Source: Candidatus Eiseniibacteriota bacterium | GTDB taxonomy: Bacteria; Eisenbacteria; RBG-16-71-46 | Reading direction: 5' to 3' | Length of the DNA: 64,000 bases | NCBI GenBank assembly: GCA_041483195.1 | Contig: JBGPFC010000009.1 | Span: 32,001-96,000, forward strand | In this document: piece after piece, positions 1 to 8,631 of the stretch | Position numbering within the stretch: the first letter of the stretch is position 1 | Layout of the letters: each line of letters starts with the position of its first letter | Made by a program: the position numbers and the translations under genes | Notes under the pieces: generated by a model | The model's database searches: none | Seen by the model: only the letters and a program-made list of their open reading frames with translations | Told to the model about the DNA's origin: nothing

Positions 1-9
1 TGCCCCCGC

Positions 10-501
10 TCAGAGCGAGCGGGCGCGCAGGGCCTCTCGTACGTTGGGCACCAACCGCCGGACATGGCGCCGGATGCGGCGCCAGCATTCTTCGTAGGCT
101 TCCCGCGATGCTCCGAATGGATCCGAGACCGGGAGCGTCGGCTCCCCCGGCTCCGGCCACTCGCTGAGCACATGGACGCGGCTCGGATCGGCGCCCAGGG
201 ACTGCACAGATCCCACGTGACCGCGCTCCATGACGATCACCAGATCGGACTCGCGCACGACGGCAGGCGTCACGCGCCGCGCGCGATGCGCTCGAATGTC
301 GACGCCGTCGGCACGCGCCACCGCGATCGCTTCCGGCGTGGGGGGCTGCCCCTCTCCCGCGGCGGTCCCGGCCGAGGACACGGTCACGCGCTCCCGGTCC
401 GGCCCCAGATCGTCGAGCAGCGCCGCGGCCGCCAGGGGACTGCGACAGGTGTTTCCGGTGCAGACGAACAACACGCGCAACGTGGGCAGGGACGACGACA
501 T
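10..501 (-). CDS. Low-molecular-weight phosphatase, probably protein-arginine phosphatase (YwlE-like)
   Basis: P-loop VLFVCTGNTCRS, SAGT and DPFG motifs; follows tsaC/sua5 as ywlE follows ywlC in Bacillus. Confidence 0.85.
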   Translation of the reverse strand: MSSSLPTLRVLFVCTGNTCRSPLAAAALLDDLGPDRERVTVSSAGTAAGEGQPPTPEAIAVARADGVDIRAHRARRVTPAVVRESDLVIVMERGHVGSVQSLGADPSRVHVLSEWPEPGEPTLPVSDPFGASREAYEECWRRIRRHVRRLVPNVREALRARSL

Positions 502-534
502 GATGGAAAAGGATAGGGGGCGGTCGGTGACCCG

Positions 535-1188
535 TCAAACCGGCGGGGCGGTCGAGCCATCCTCGAAGTCACCGAGATCCGCGGTCACGTCGACGGCGCC
601 GCGGCGCAGCAGCCGCGGACGCTGGCCGCTCACGTCCACCAGCGTCGAGGGCTGACCGCCGTGGCGCGGTCCACCGTCCAGGACGAGATCCAGCTGGTTG
701 CCGAACACGCGCACCACCTCGCCGGCCGTCTCGGCGGGGGGCTGGCCCGAGAGGTTCGCGCTGCTCGCCACCACCGGGCCGCCGATGCAGTCGAGCAACT
801 TGCGGCTCAGCGTGTCGCGCGGACAACGCAGCGCGACCGTGCCCCCGGCTCCGCGGACCCGGGCAGGCACGATCGGGGCGGCGCGGAAGATGAGCGAGAG
901 CGGCCCCGGCCAGTGACGCTGGATGAGCCGGCTCGCCACCTCGCTGATCTCCACCGCGAGCCCGTACGCCTGGCGCGGCTCGGGAATGAGCGAGATCACC
1001 GCCAGCGAGGGATCGCGACGCTTGAGCCGCGCGATCATCTCCACCGCGGAGACGTCGAACAGCGAACACCCGAGACCGTACAGCGTGTCGGTGGGGAACG
1101 CGATGACGCCCCCGCGCAACACCACTTCCGCAGCGGCGATCAGGGCCGCTTCATCCGGCCGCTCCGGATCGATCGTGATCAGTTCCAT
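535..1188 (-). CDS. tsaC: L-threonylcarbamoyladenylate synthase (YrdC domain)
   Basis: FPTDTLYGLG, KRR, WPGPLS, SANLSG and PSTLVD motifs. Confidence 0.93.
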   Translation of the reverse strand: MELITIDPERPDEAALIAAAEVVLRGGVIAFPTDTLYGLGCSLFDVSAVEMIARLKRRDPSLAVISLIPEPRQAYGLAVEISEVASRLIQRHWPGPLSLIFRAAPIVPARVRGAGGTVALRCPRDTLSRKLLDCIGGPVVASSANLSGQPPAETAGEVVRVFGNQLDLVLDGGPRHGGQPSTLVDVSGQRPRLLRRGAVDVTADLGDFEDGSTAPPV

Positions 1189-1191
1189 CGG

Positions 1192-1680
1192 TCATCGCCT
1201 CCCGGGACGCGCGGCCCGGGCGGCCGGTCGCTGCAGCCTGCGCGCGAGCGCAGGATCGCGGAGCGCGAGGATCCGGAGGGCCAGGTGGGCGGCGTTGCGT
1301 GCTCCCCATGCGCCGACGCCGAGCGTGCCGACCGGGACTCCGGGCGGCATCTGCACCGTGGCGAGCAGCGCGTCGAAGCCCGCCAGCGGCGAACTCGCGA
1401 GCGGAACGCCGAGCACCGGCAGCGTGGAATGCGCCGCCATCGCGCCGGCGAGGTGCGCCGCGCCTCCCGCGCCGGCGATGATCACCTCGAGGCCCCGTGC
1501 GCGCGCGCCACGCGCCCAGCTTCGCGCGGCGTCGGGGGTGCGGTGCGCGGAGCGCACCACCAGCTCGGAAGGCACGCCGAACTCCTCGAGCACGCGCGCC
1601 GCTTCTTCCATGATCACGCGATCCGACTCGCTGCCCATCACGATTCCCACGCGCGGCCGCCTCGTCCGCCTCTTGCCCAT
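1192..1680 (-). CDS. purE: N5-CAIR mutase
   Basis: GIVMGSESD, SAHRTP, AGAGGAAHLAG, VQMPPGVPV; ATG at 1680 next to the purD stop. Confidence 0.95.
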   Translation of the reverse strand: MGKRRTRRPRVGIVMGSESDRVIMEEAARVLEEFGVPSELVVRSAHRTPDAARSWARGARARGLEVIIAGAGGAAHLAGAMAAHSTLPVLGVPLASSPLAGFDALLATVQMPPGVPVGTLGVGAWGARNAAHLALRILALRDPALARRLQRPAARAARPGRR

Positions 1681-1681
1681 G

Positions 1682-3013
1682 CTATGCGCCTCCCCCATCG
1701 GCCGCGCGCGCGAGCGCGGAGCGCTCCCCCCGGCCCACTCCGGCCGCGATATCGGAGCGGCATCGCCACCCGTTCCCCGACAGCGTGCCGATCGCGCCGT
1801 ACACGCGCGCTCGCGCCTCCGCATGCGTAGCCGCGCGCGCGACCACCCAGGCGGCACGGCCACCGCGCACCGTCCATTCCCCCCGCTCGAACGCAGCCGC
1901 CGCGTGAAACACGTGGAGGTCGTCACGCCGAGCCAGTCGATCCAGCCCCTCGATGCGCCCGCCGCCCCGTGGCGCGAGGGGATAGTCCTGATCCACGATC
2001 GCGACCGCGACCGTCGCCCCCGACGCCGGGCGGATGGACGCGACCACCTCCGGGTCGAATGAACCCGCCGCGGCTCCGGCCAGCAGCGCCGCGAAACGTC
2101 CCTCCACCAGCGGCAGCACCACCTGCGTCTCGGGATCTCCGAAGCGGCAATTGAATTCCACCACCATCGGCCCGCGCGCGGTGAGCATCAGGCCCGCGTA
2201 CAGCGTACCCCGGAACGGGGTGCCGAGTGCATCGAGGCGGCCGAGGACCGGCCCCAGCACCTCGTCCGCCACGCGGGCGGCGCGACCCGGCTCGAACGCC
2301 GGACTCGGAGCGCAGGCGCCCATCCCGCCGGTGTTCGGACCGTGGTCGGCGTCGTAGGCGCGCTTGTAGTCGCGCGCGGACGGCAACATGACGAATGCCG
2401 CGCCGCATGCGACGGCCATCACGGAGACCTCCTCGCCTTCGAGGAACTCCTCGATCACCACGCTCCGGCCGGCTGCGCCGAACCGCACGCCCTCGAGGCA
2501 ATCCGCGATGAACGAGCCGGCCTCGCCGAGATCGGGCGTCACCATCACGCCCTTGCCCGCGGCGAGCCCGTCCGCCTTCAGCACCCACGGAGGCTCGAAC
2601 CGTGCGAGCGCCTCGCGCGCCGGATCGAGCGCGGTGAACAGCTCGGCTCGCGCCGTCGCAACGCCGCATTCGCGCATGAGCCGCTTCGCGTACCACTTGC
2701 TCGATTCCAGCCGAGCGGCCTCGGCGCCCGGGCCATAAACCGCGAGCCCCGCCGCGCGCATACGATCCGCCACCCCCGCCGCGAGCGGGACCTCGGGGCC
2801 GATCACGACCAGATCGATCGCGTGGGCGAGCGACGCCGCGATCAGGCCGTCCGCGTCGCAATCCGCGACCGCGATGCGGCGCGCGGAGCGGCCCAGCCCG
2901 TCGTTGCCGGGCGCGACCAGCACCTCATCGACCTCGGGATCGCGCGCGAGCCGCCATGCGAGCGCGTGCTCGCGCCCCCCGGCCCCGACCACCATGACGC
3001 GCCATCTCGCCAT
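1682..3013 (-). CDS. purD: Phosphoribosylamine--glycine ligase
   Basis: GAGGREHAL, KADGLAAGKGV, GPNTGGMG, EFNCRFGDPE; start trimmed to ATG 3013. Confidence 0.95.
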   Translation of the reverse strand: MARWRVMVVGAGGREHALAWRLARDPEVDEVLVAPGNDGLGRSARRIAVADCDADGLIAASLAHAIDLVVIGPEVPLAAGVADRMRAAGLAVYGPGAEAARLESSKWYAKRLMRECGVATARAELFTALDPAREALARFEPPWVLKADGLAAGKGVMVTPDLGEAGSFIADCLEGVRFGAAGRSVVIEEFLEGEEVSVMAVACGAAFVMLPSARDYKRAYDADHGPNTGGMGACAPSPAFEPGRAARVADEVLGPVLGRLDALGTPFRGTLYAGLMLTARGPMVVEFNCRFGDPETQVVLPLVEGRFAALLAGAAAGSFDPEVVASIRPASGATVAVAIVDQDYPLAPRGGGRIEGLDRLARRDDLHVFHAAAAFERGEWTVRGGRAAWVVARAATHAEARARVYGAIGTLSGNGWRCRSDIAAGVGRGERSALARAADGGGA

Positions 3014-3018
3014 TCCGC

Positions 3019-4476
3019 TCACTCCCCGTCCGCGCCGCCCGCGAGCTCCGCGCGCAGCAGTTCCTGTACCGCCTGGGGCACCGCCTGCCCGCCGCTCTTC
3101 TTCATCACCTGGCCCACCAGAAATCCCAGCGTCGCGGCCTTGCCCGCCCGGTACTGGGCGGCCGGGCCCGGATGCTCCGCGATCACCGCGCGCACCAGCG
3201 GCAGAAGCTCGCTCGCCGCGGACTGCACGCGAACCCCGTGGCGCTCGAGGAGCGCCGGCACGTCGCCGTCCTCGTCGGTCATCCACGCGAACATCTGCTT
3301 CGCGAGCGGGCCGGGCAACTCCCTGGCCGCCACGCGCTCGAGAAAGGCGCCCATGCGCGCCGCGGAGACGCGCTCGCTCCACCGGGTCACGCTCCAGCCA
3401 CGATCCTTGAGCACGCGCATCACCTCGGTCATGACCCAATTGCTGACGAGCTTTCCATCCGCGAGCGCGGCGCAGGCCTCGAAGTAGTCGGCCAGCTCGC
3501 GCTGGTCCCCGATCACCGCCGCGTCGTACGCGGGGATTCCGTACTGCGCCTCGAGACGGGCGGCGCGCTTCCACGGCAATTCGGGCAACCGCGCGCGGGC
3601 ATCCTCGATCCAGGCCGCGCTGACGCGCAGCGTGGGCAGATCGGGCTCCGGGAAGTAACGGTAGTCGTGCGCGTGCTCCTTGGAACGCATCACGGCCAGC
3701 TTGTCGTGGTCGGCGTCGTAGAGGAGCGTACTCTGCTCGACGGTGCCGCCCAGAGCGAGCACCCCGCGCTGCCTCGCGATTTCCGCGGCGAGCCCGCGCT
3801 CCACGCCGCGGATCGAATTCAGGTTCTTGAGCTCGGTCTTGGTGCCGAGTCCTCCGCTACCCGCCGGCCGGATCGACACGTTCGCGTCGCAGCGCAGGTG
3901 CCCCTTCTCCATGTCCCCTTCCGAGATCTGCAACCAGCGAACCAGCCGGCGCAGCTCGGTCAGGAACGCCGCGCACTCGGCGGGTTCGTGGAACACCGGC
4001 TCCGTGACCAGCTCCAGCAGCGGCACGCCGGCGCGATTGAAATCCACGCGCGAGACCGGGCGATCCCCGTGGCGCTCGGGATGGAACGACTTGCCGGTGT
4101 CCTCCTCGAGGTGAATGCGGGTCAGGTCGAAGCGGCGCTCGGCCCCCTCCATCCGCACCGGCAGCGCTCCGCCTTCGCACAGCGGGCGGTCATACTGCGT
4201 GATCTGATAATTCTTGGGCATGTCGGGATAGAAGTAGTTCTTCCGAGCGAACACGCTCTCGTTGCACACCCCGCATCCGAGTGCCAGCCCGAGGCGGAGC
4301 GCGGCGTCGACTGCCGCGTGATTCGCGCGCGGCAACGCTCCCGGCAGCCCCAGACACACCGGGCACACGTTCGCGTTCGGCTGATTTCCGAACGCCGCGG
4401 GGCAGTCGCAGAACATCTTGCTGCGGGTGCTCAACTGGATGTGGCATTCGAGGCCGATCACCGCTTCGTAGGCCAT
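3019..4476 (-). CDS. gatB: Asp/Glu-tRNA amidotransferase subunit B
   Basis: YEAVIGLECHIQL, RKNYFYPD, HLEEDTGK, DYRYFPEPDL; start ATG 4476. Confidence 0.96.
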   Translation of the reverse strand: MAYEAVIGLECHIQLSTRSKMFCDCPAAFGNQPNANVCPVCLGLPGALPRANHAAVDAALRLGLALGCGVCNESVFARKNYFYPDMPKNYQITQYDRPLCEGGALPVRMEGAERRFDLTRIHLEEDTGKSFHPERHGDRPVSRVDFNRAGVPLLELVTEPVFHEPAECAAFLTELRRLVRWLQISEGDMEKGHLRCDANVSIRPAGSGGLGTKTELKNLNSIRGVERGLAAEIARQRGVLALGGTVEQSTLLYDADHDKLAVMRSKEHAHDYRYFPEPDLPTLRVSAAWIEDARARLPELPWKRAARLEAQYGIPAYDAAVIGDQRELADYFEACAALADGKLVSNWVMTEVMRVLKDRGWSVTRWSERVSAARMGAFLERVAARELPGPLAKQMFAWMTDEDGDVPALLERHGVRVQSAASELLPLVRAVIAEHPGPAAQYRAGKAATLGFLVGQVMKKSGGQAVPQAVQELLRAELAGGADGE

Positions 4477-5951
4477 GCGAACTCCCTCGAGTGATCGCGC
4501 GACAGCCGCGTCGCGTCGCCCTCCATCTCGATCGCGCGGCCCGCCCGCAGCAGGATCGGCTCGGCATCCTCGGGCCCGAGCAGCTGTACGGCGCACGGCA
4601 GCCGCGCGCCACCAGCGGCGTCCTCGGGCGCGAGGCCCACCGGGACCGTGAGGCCCGGAATCCCGGCGAGGTTCGCGCCCAGCGTGAAGATGTCGCTCAG
4701 ATACATCGCGAGCGGATCGGAGGTCTTCTCGCCGATGCGAAATGCCAGCGTGGGCGCCGCCGGGAGCAGCATGAAGTCGCAGCGCGTGAAGGCGGTCTCG
4801 TACTCGCGGCGAATGCGTGCCCGGGCGCGCTGCGCCGTGAGGTAGTAGGCGTCGTAGTAGCCGGCCGAGAGCGCGTAGGTCCCGAGCAGGATGCGCCGCT
4901 GGACCTCGGGACCGAAGCCGTCGCTTCGCGTGCGAGTGTAGAGCGACCGCAGGTCGGCGGACTCCGGGTGCCGGAATCCGTAGCGAACGCCGTCGAACCG
5001 CGCCAGATTGGAGCTGGCCTCCGCGGTCGCCACGAGATAGTAGGTGGCGACCGAGTATTCGCCGGGGAGAAACTCGAACGGCACCCGCGACGCCCCCGCC
5101 CGCTCGAGCCACGCCGCCGCGCGCTCGAGCCCCTCGACCACGGCGGGGTCCACGCCTTCCGCCCAGAGGTTCGCCGGCCAGCCGAAACGCAGGCCCCGCA
5201 CCCCGGATTCCCACCCGCTCACGTCGGGCGCCGCGGACCTTCGAGTGGTCGCGTCGAACGGATCTTCGCCAGCGAGCAGCCCGTACACCAGCGCGACATC
5301 GCCGGCGTGACGCGCGAAGATTCCGACCTGGTCGAGCGACGATCCAAACGCGACCAGTCCGTAGCGTGAGAATCGGCCGTAGGTCGGCTTGAGGCCGAAC
5401 ACGCCGCAAAACGCCGCCGGCTGGCGCACCGATCCCCCGGTGTCGGATCCGAGGGCGATCGGACACAGGCCGTACGCGACGGCGGCGGCGGGACCGCCGC
5501 TCGAACCTCCAGGGACTCGCGCGAGATCGTAGGGGTTGCGGGTCGGGCCGTACGCGCTGAACTCGGTGGACGAGCCCATCGCGAACTCGTCCATGTTCCC
5601 CTTGCCGATCACGACCGCCCCCGCCGTCCGCAGCCGCGTCACGACCGTCGCGTCGTACGGCGCCCGGTAACCCGCCAGGATCTTCGAGCCGCAGGTCGTG
5701 AGGTAGTCGGTCGTGCACAGGTTGTCCTTGAGAAGCACCGGCACCCCGCGCAGCGGTCCGTCCGAAGCGGCGGCGGCCGCGGAGCGCCGGGCGGCGGCCT
5801 CGGTGTGCACCACCGCATGGACGCGGGGTTCCCATTCACGGGCGGGCCCATCGAAGCCGGCCTCCACCGCTTCCTCGATCGCCACCGCGCCGGAGCGCAC
5901 CCGCGCCGCGAGCGTCTCCGCGGGGAGTTTCCACAGCATGCGATCGCTCAT
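4458..5951 (-). CDS. gatA: Asp/Glu-tRNA amidotransferase subunit A
   Basis: Amidase signature PGGSSGG...GSDTGGSVRQPA, NMDEFAMGSSTE, SSNLARFDG. Confidence 0.96.
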   Translation of the reverse strand: MSDRMLWKLPAETLAARVRSGAVAIEEAVEAGFDGPAREWEPRVHAVVHTEAAARRSAAAAASDGPLRGVPVLLKDNLCTTDYLTTCGSKILAGYRAPYDATVVTRLRTAGAVVIGKGNMDEFAMGSSTEFSAYGPTRNPYDLARVPGGSSGGPAAAVAYGLCPIALGSDTGGSVRQPAAFCGVFGLKPTYGRFSRYGLVAFGSSLDQVGIFARHAGDVALVYGLLAGEDPFDATTRRSAAPDVSGWESGVRGLRFGWPANLWAEGVDPAVVEGLERAAAWLERAGASRVPFEFLPGEYSVATYYLVATAEASSNLARFDGVRYGFRHPESADLRSLYTRTRSDGFGPEVQRRILLGTYALSAGYYDAYYLTAQRARARIRREYETAFTRCDFMLLPAAPTLAFRIGEKTSDPLAMYLSDIFTLGANLAGIPGLTVPVGLAPEDAAGGARLPCAVQLLGPEDAEPILLRAGRAIEMEGDATRLSRDHSREFAWPTKR

Positions 5952-6247
5952 GGGTTCAGGTTCTCGACGATGGGCGGAACGCGGAAGAAACCATCCTCGC
6001 GATCGGGAGCCGCGGCGAGCGCCACCTCCGCTCCGAGCCGCCGGCCGTTCACAACGTCTTCGCGCAGCGGGGCGTCCGCGGGGGCGAAGCTGGTCGGCTC
6101 GCATTCCGTGAGATCGAGGCGGTTGAGCGCCGCGACGAAGTCGATCACCTCGGACAGCTCCTCCCGCATCCGCTCGAGCTGCCCTTCGGGGATCTCGAGC
6201 CGCGCCAGCTCCGCGATGCGCCGCACGTCGTCACGGCTGATCGGCAT
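5948..6247 (-). CDS. gatC: Asp/Glu-tRNA amidotransferase subunit C
   Basis: ISRDDVRRIAELARL, LREDVV, GFFRVP; directly upstream of gatA. Confidence 0.93.
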   Translation of the reverse strand: MPISRDDVRRIAELARLEIPEGQLERMREELSEVIDFVAALNRLDLTECEPTSFAPADAPLREDVVNGRRLGAEVALAAAPDREDGFFRVPPIVENLNP

Positions 6248-8447
6248 CGTGCCCTCCCGTGAGAAAGCGCCCGAGGACCTTCTTCATGACGGTTCCGAAC
6301 CGCACCGTGAAGCGCGCGTCCACCCCGTCGCCCTCCGCGGCGAGCACCACGCCCCGCCCGAAGGTCTCGTGAAATACTTCGCGCCCCACGGCCCGATGCC
6401 GCGTGGCCGCGATCGGCGGCAGTCCCGGCACCGTCGCGCCCAGCTTCTCGCGCGCCTCCGATCCGCCGCCGTGCCACCCCTCGCGCCGCCCAATGCCGCG
6501 CGGCACCGCGGCGGCCGCGCGCGCCGGCGCTTCGTCGCGATCCAGCACCGCTTCGGGAATCTCGGCGACGAAGCGCGACACCTGCCCGCCGCGCGCGCCG
6601 TCGAACCGGCGCCGGAAGGCGGCGGCCGTCAGCAGCACTTCATCCCGGGCGCGCGTGAGTGCGACGTAGAAGAGGCGGCGTTCCTCCTCGAGGCCGGGGC
6701 CGTCTTCCGCCGAAGCCGCGTGCGGGAAGAGCCCTTCCTCGAGCCCCGCGACGATCACCACCGCAAATTCGAGGCCCTTCGCGTTGTGGGCGGTCAGCAG
6801 CAGCACCCGGTCCGCGCCGGCCGCGAGCCGGTCCATGTCGCTCACCAGCGCGACCTCGGTGAGGAACTCCTCGAGCGCCCCGCCCCGCGCCTCCCCGAAC
6901 GCCGTGGCGGCCGCGACCAGCTCCTCGACATTGGAACGGCGCTCGTCAGCTGCATCATCGCCATCGAGCGTCGCCAGGTATCCGGTCTGCTCGATGACGC
7001 GGCGCAGCACCCGGTCCGGAGACTGATCGAGCGCGCCCCGCACCTCGTCGATGCACGCGACGAACGCCGCGGCGCCGTTGCGCGCCGCGCGGGTGAGCCC
7101 CTCCGCGGCGGCCAGCGAGCGCAGCGCCTCGAGCGGGGAGGCGGAGTCGCGGGCCATCCGCTCCTCGACTCTCCCCCGCACACCCTCGCCCAGTCCCCGG
7201 CGTGGCGTGTTCCACACGCGCCAGAACGACACCGAGTCCGCCGGGTTCACCGCGAGCCGCAGGTAGGCGAGCAGATCCTTCACCTCACGGCGCTGGTAGA
7301 ACGATATCCCGCCCACGATCTCGTATGGCACCACGTGCTGGCGCAAGTCGGTCTCGAGCGCGCGCGACTGCGCGTTGGTACGGTACAGCACGGCGCAGTC
7401 GTCGAGCCGTCCGCCGCGTCTCACGCGCCCGAGCAGGAACTGCCGGATGCTTCGCGCCTCTTCGACCTCGTCGGGCGCCAGCACGAATCGCAGCCGGGCA
7501 CCGTCCTCGCGATCGCACCACAGCTGCTTGCCCCGGCGCATGCGATTGCGCGCGATCACCGCGTTCGCGGCCTTCAGGATGTTCCCGGAGGAGCGGTAGT
7601 TCTGCTCGAGCCGCACCACCGCGGCGCCCGGAAACGTCTCGCCGAAGTCGAGCACGTTGCGCAGGTCGGCGCCGCGCCAGCCGTATATCGACTGGTCGTC
7701 GTCGCCGACGACGAACAGGTTGCGGTGGAAGCGGGCGAGGGACTCGACCAGGCGGAACTGCGCGTGGTTCGTGTCCTGGTACTCGTCCACCAGCACGTGC
7801 TCGAAGCGCCGGCTGTAACGCTCGTGCACCTCCGGATGATCGCGAAACAACCGCACGGTCTCGGCGATCAGGTCGTCGAAGTCGAGCGCGCCGCTCGTGC
7901 GCAGGGCGCTCTGGTACAGTTCGTAGCACTCCGCGATGCGCCGCTCCGCCGGGTTCGCGGCCAGCCGGGTCATCTCCTCGGGCGAGACCAGCGCGTTCTT
8001 CGCGCCGGAGATGCGTGCGAGCACCGGCGCGACCTTTTCGTCGTCGGCCCCGTGCTCACGGCGCGCGAGGATCTCGCGCAGCAGGCTCTCCTGATCGTCA
8101 CGATCGTAGATCGCGAAACCGCGCGGGATTCCGAGCGAAGCCGCCTCGCGCCGCAGGATACGCACGGCGGTCGCGTGAAAAGTCCCCACCCACAGGCGAT
8201 CCGCCACCGCTCCAACCGCCTGTCCGATCCGGCCACGCATCTCGCGCGCCGCCCGGTTGGTGAACGTGAATGCGAGGACCGCTTCGGGAGCCACCCCGCG
8301 CTCGAGGAGGCGCGCGATCCGCGCCGTGAGCACGCGCGTCTTTCCGCTGCCGGCGCCAGCCACCACCAGCAACGGACCATCACCATGTTCGACCGCCGCG
8401 AGCTGGGCGGAGTTGAGATCGAATGCGGTTTCCAGGGCGACGCTCAT
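6231..8447 (-). CDS. pcrA: ATP-dependent DNA helicase PcrA/UvrD
   Basis: AGAGSGKT, VDEYQD, VGDDDQSIY, LEQNYRS, EERRLFYVALTRA; C-terminal Tudor-like HETFGRG. Confidence 0.93.
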   Translation of the reverse strand: MSVALETAFDLNSAQLAAVEHGDGPLLVVAGAGSGKTRVLTARIARLLERGVAPEAVLAFTFTNRAAREMRGRIGQAVGAVADRLWVGTFHATAVRILRREAASLGIPRGFAIYDRDDQESLLREILARREHGADDEKVAPVLARISGAKNALVSPEEMTRLAANPAERRIAECYELYQSALRTSGALDFDDLIAETVRLFRDHPEVHERYSRRFEHVLVDEYQDTNHAQFRLVESLARFHRNLFVVGDDDQSIYGWRGADLRNVLDFGETFPGAAVVRLEQNYRSSGNILKAANAVIARNRMRRGKQLWCDREDGARLRFVLAPDEVEEARSIRQFLLGRVRRGGRLDDCAVLYRTNAQSRALETDLRQHVVPYEIVGGISFYQRREVKDLLAYLRLAVNPADSVSFWRVWNTPRRGLGEGVRGRVEERMARDSASPLEALRSLAAAEGLTRAARNGAAAFVACIDEVRGALDQSPDRVLRRVIEQTGYLATLDGDDAADERRSNVEELVAAATAFGEARGGALEEFLTEVALVSDMDRLAAGADRVLLLTAHNAKGLEFAVVIVAGLEEGLFPHAASAEDGPGLEEERRLFYVALTRARDEVLLTAAAFRRRFDGARGGQVSRFVAEIPEAVLDRDEAPARAAAAVPRGIGRREGWHGGGSEAREKLGATVPGLPPIAATRHRAVGREVFHETFGRGVVLAAEGDGVDARFTVRFGTVMKKVLGRFLTGGHDADQP

Positions 8448-8631
8448 GGGTTGGGGCGCGCGAATGACTCGACGGCCCAATCTAGCCGAAACCGCGCGCG
8501 GGGGTCCACCGGGAGAGGTTCCCGGCTCGATCCCCCGCGCGCGAATCAGCGGCCGCCGCGTGCCGGGCCCGGATCACGCGCCGGATCGCGCGACGTCACA
8601 CGCCTCCCGCGGGGAGGGCCCAGCCGGCGGA

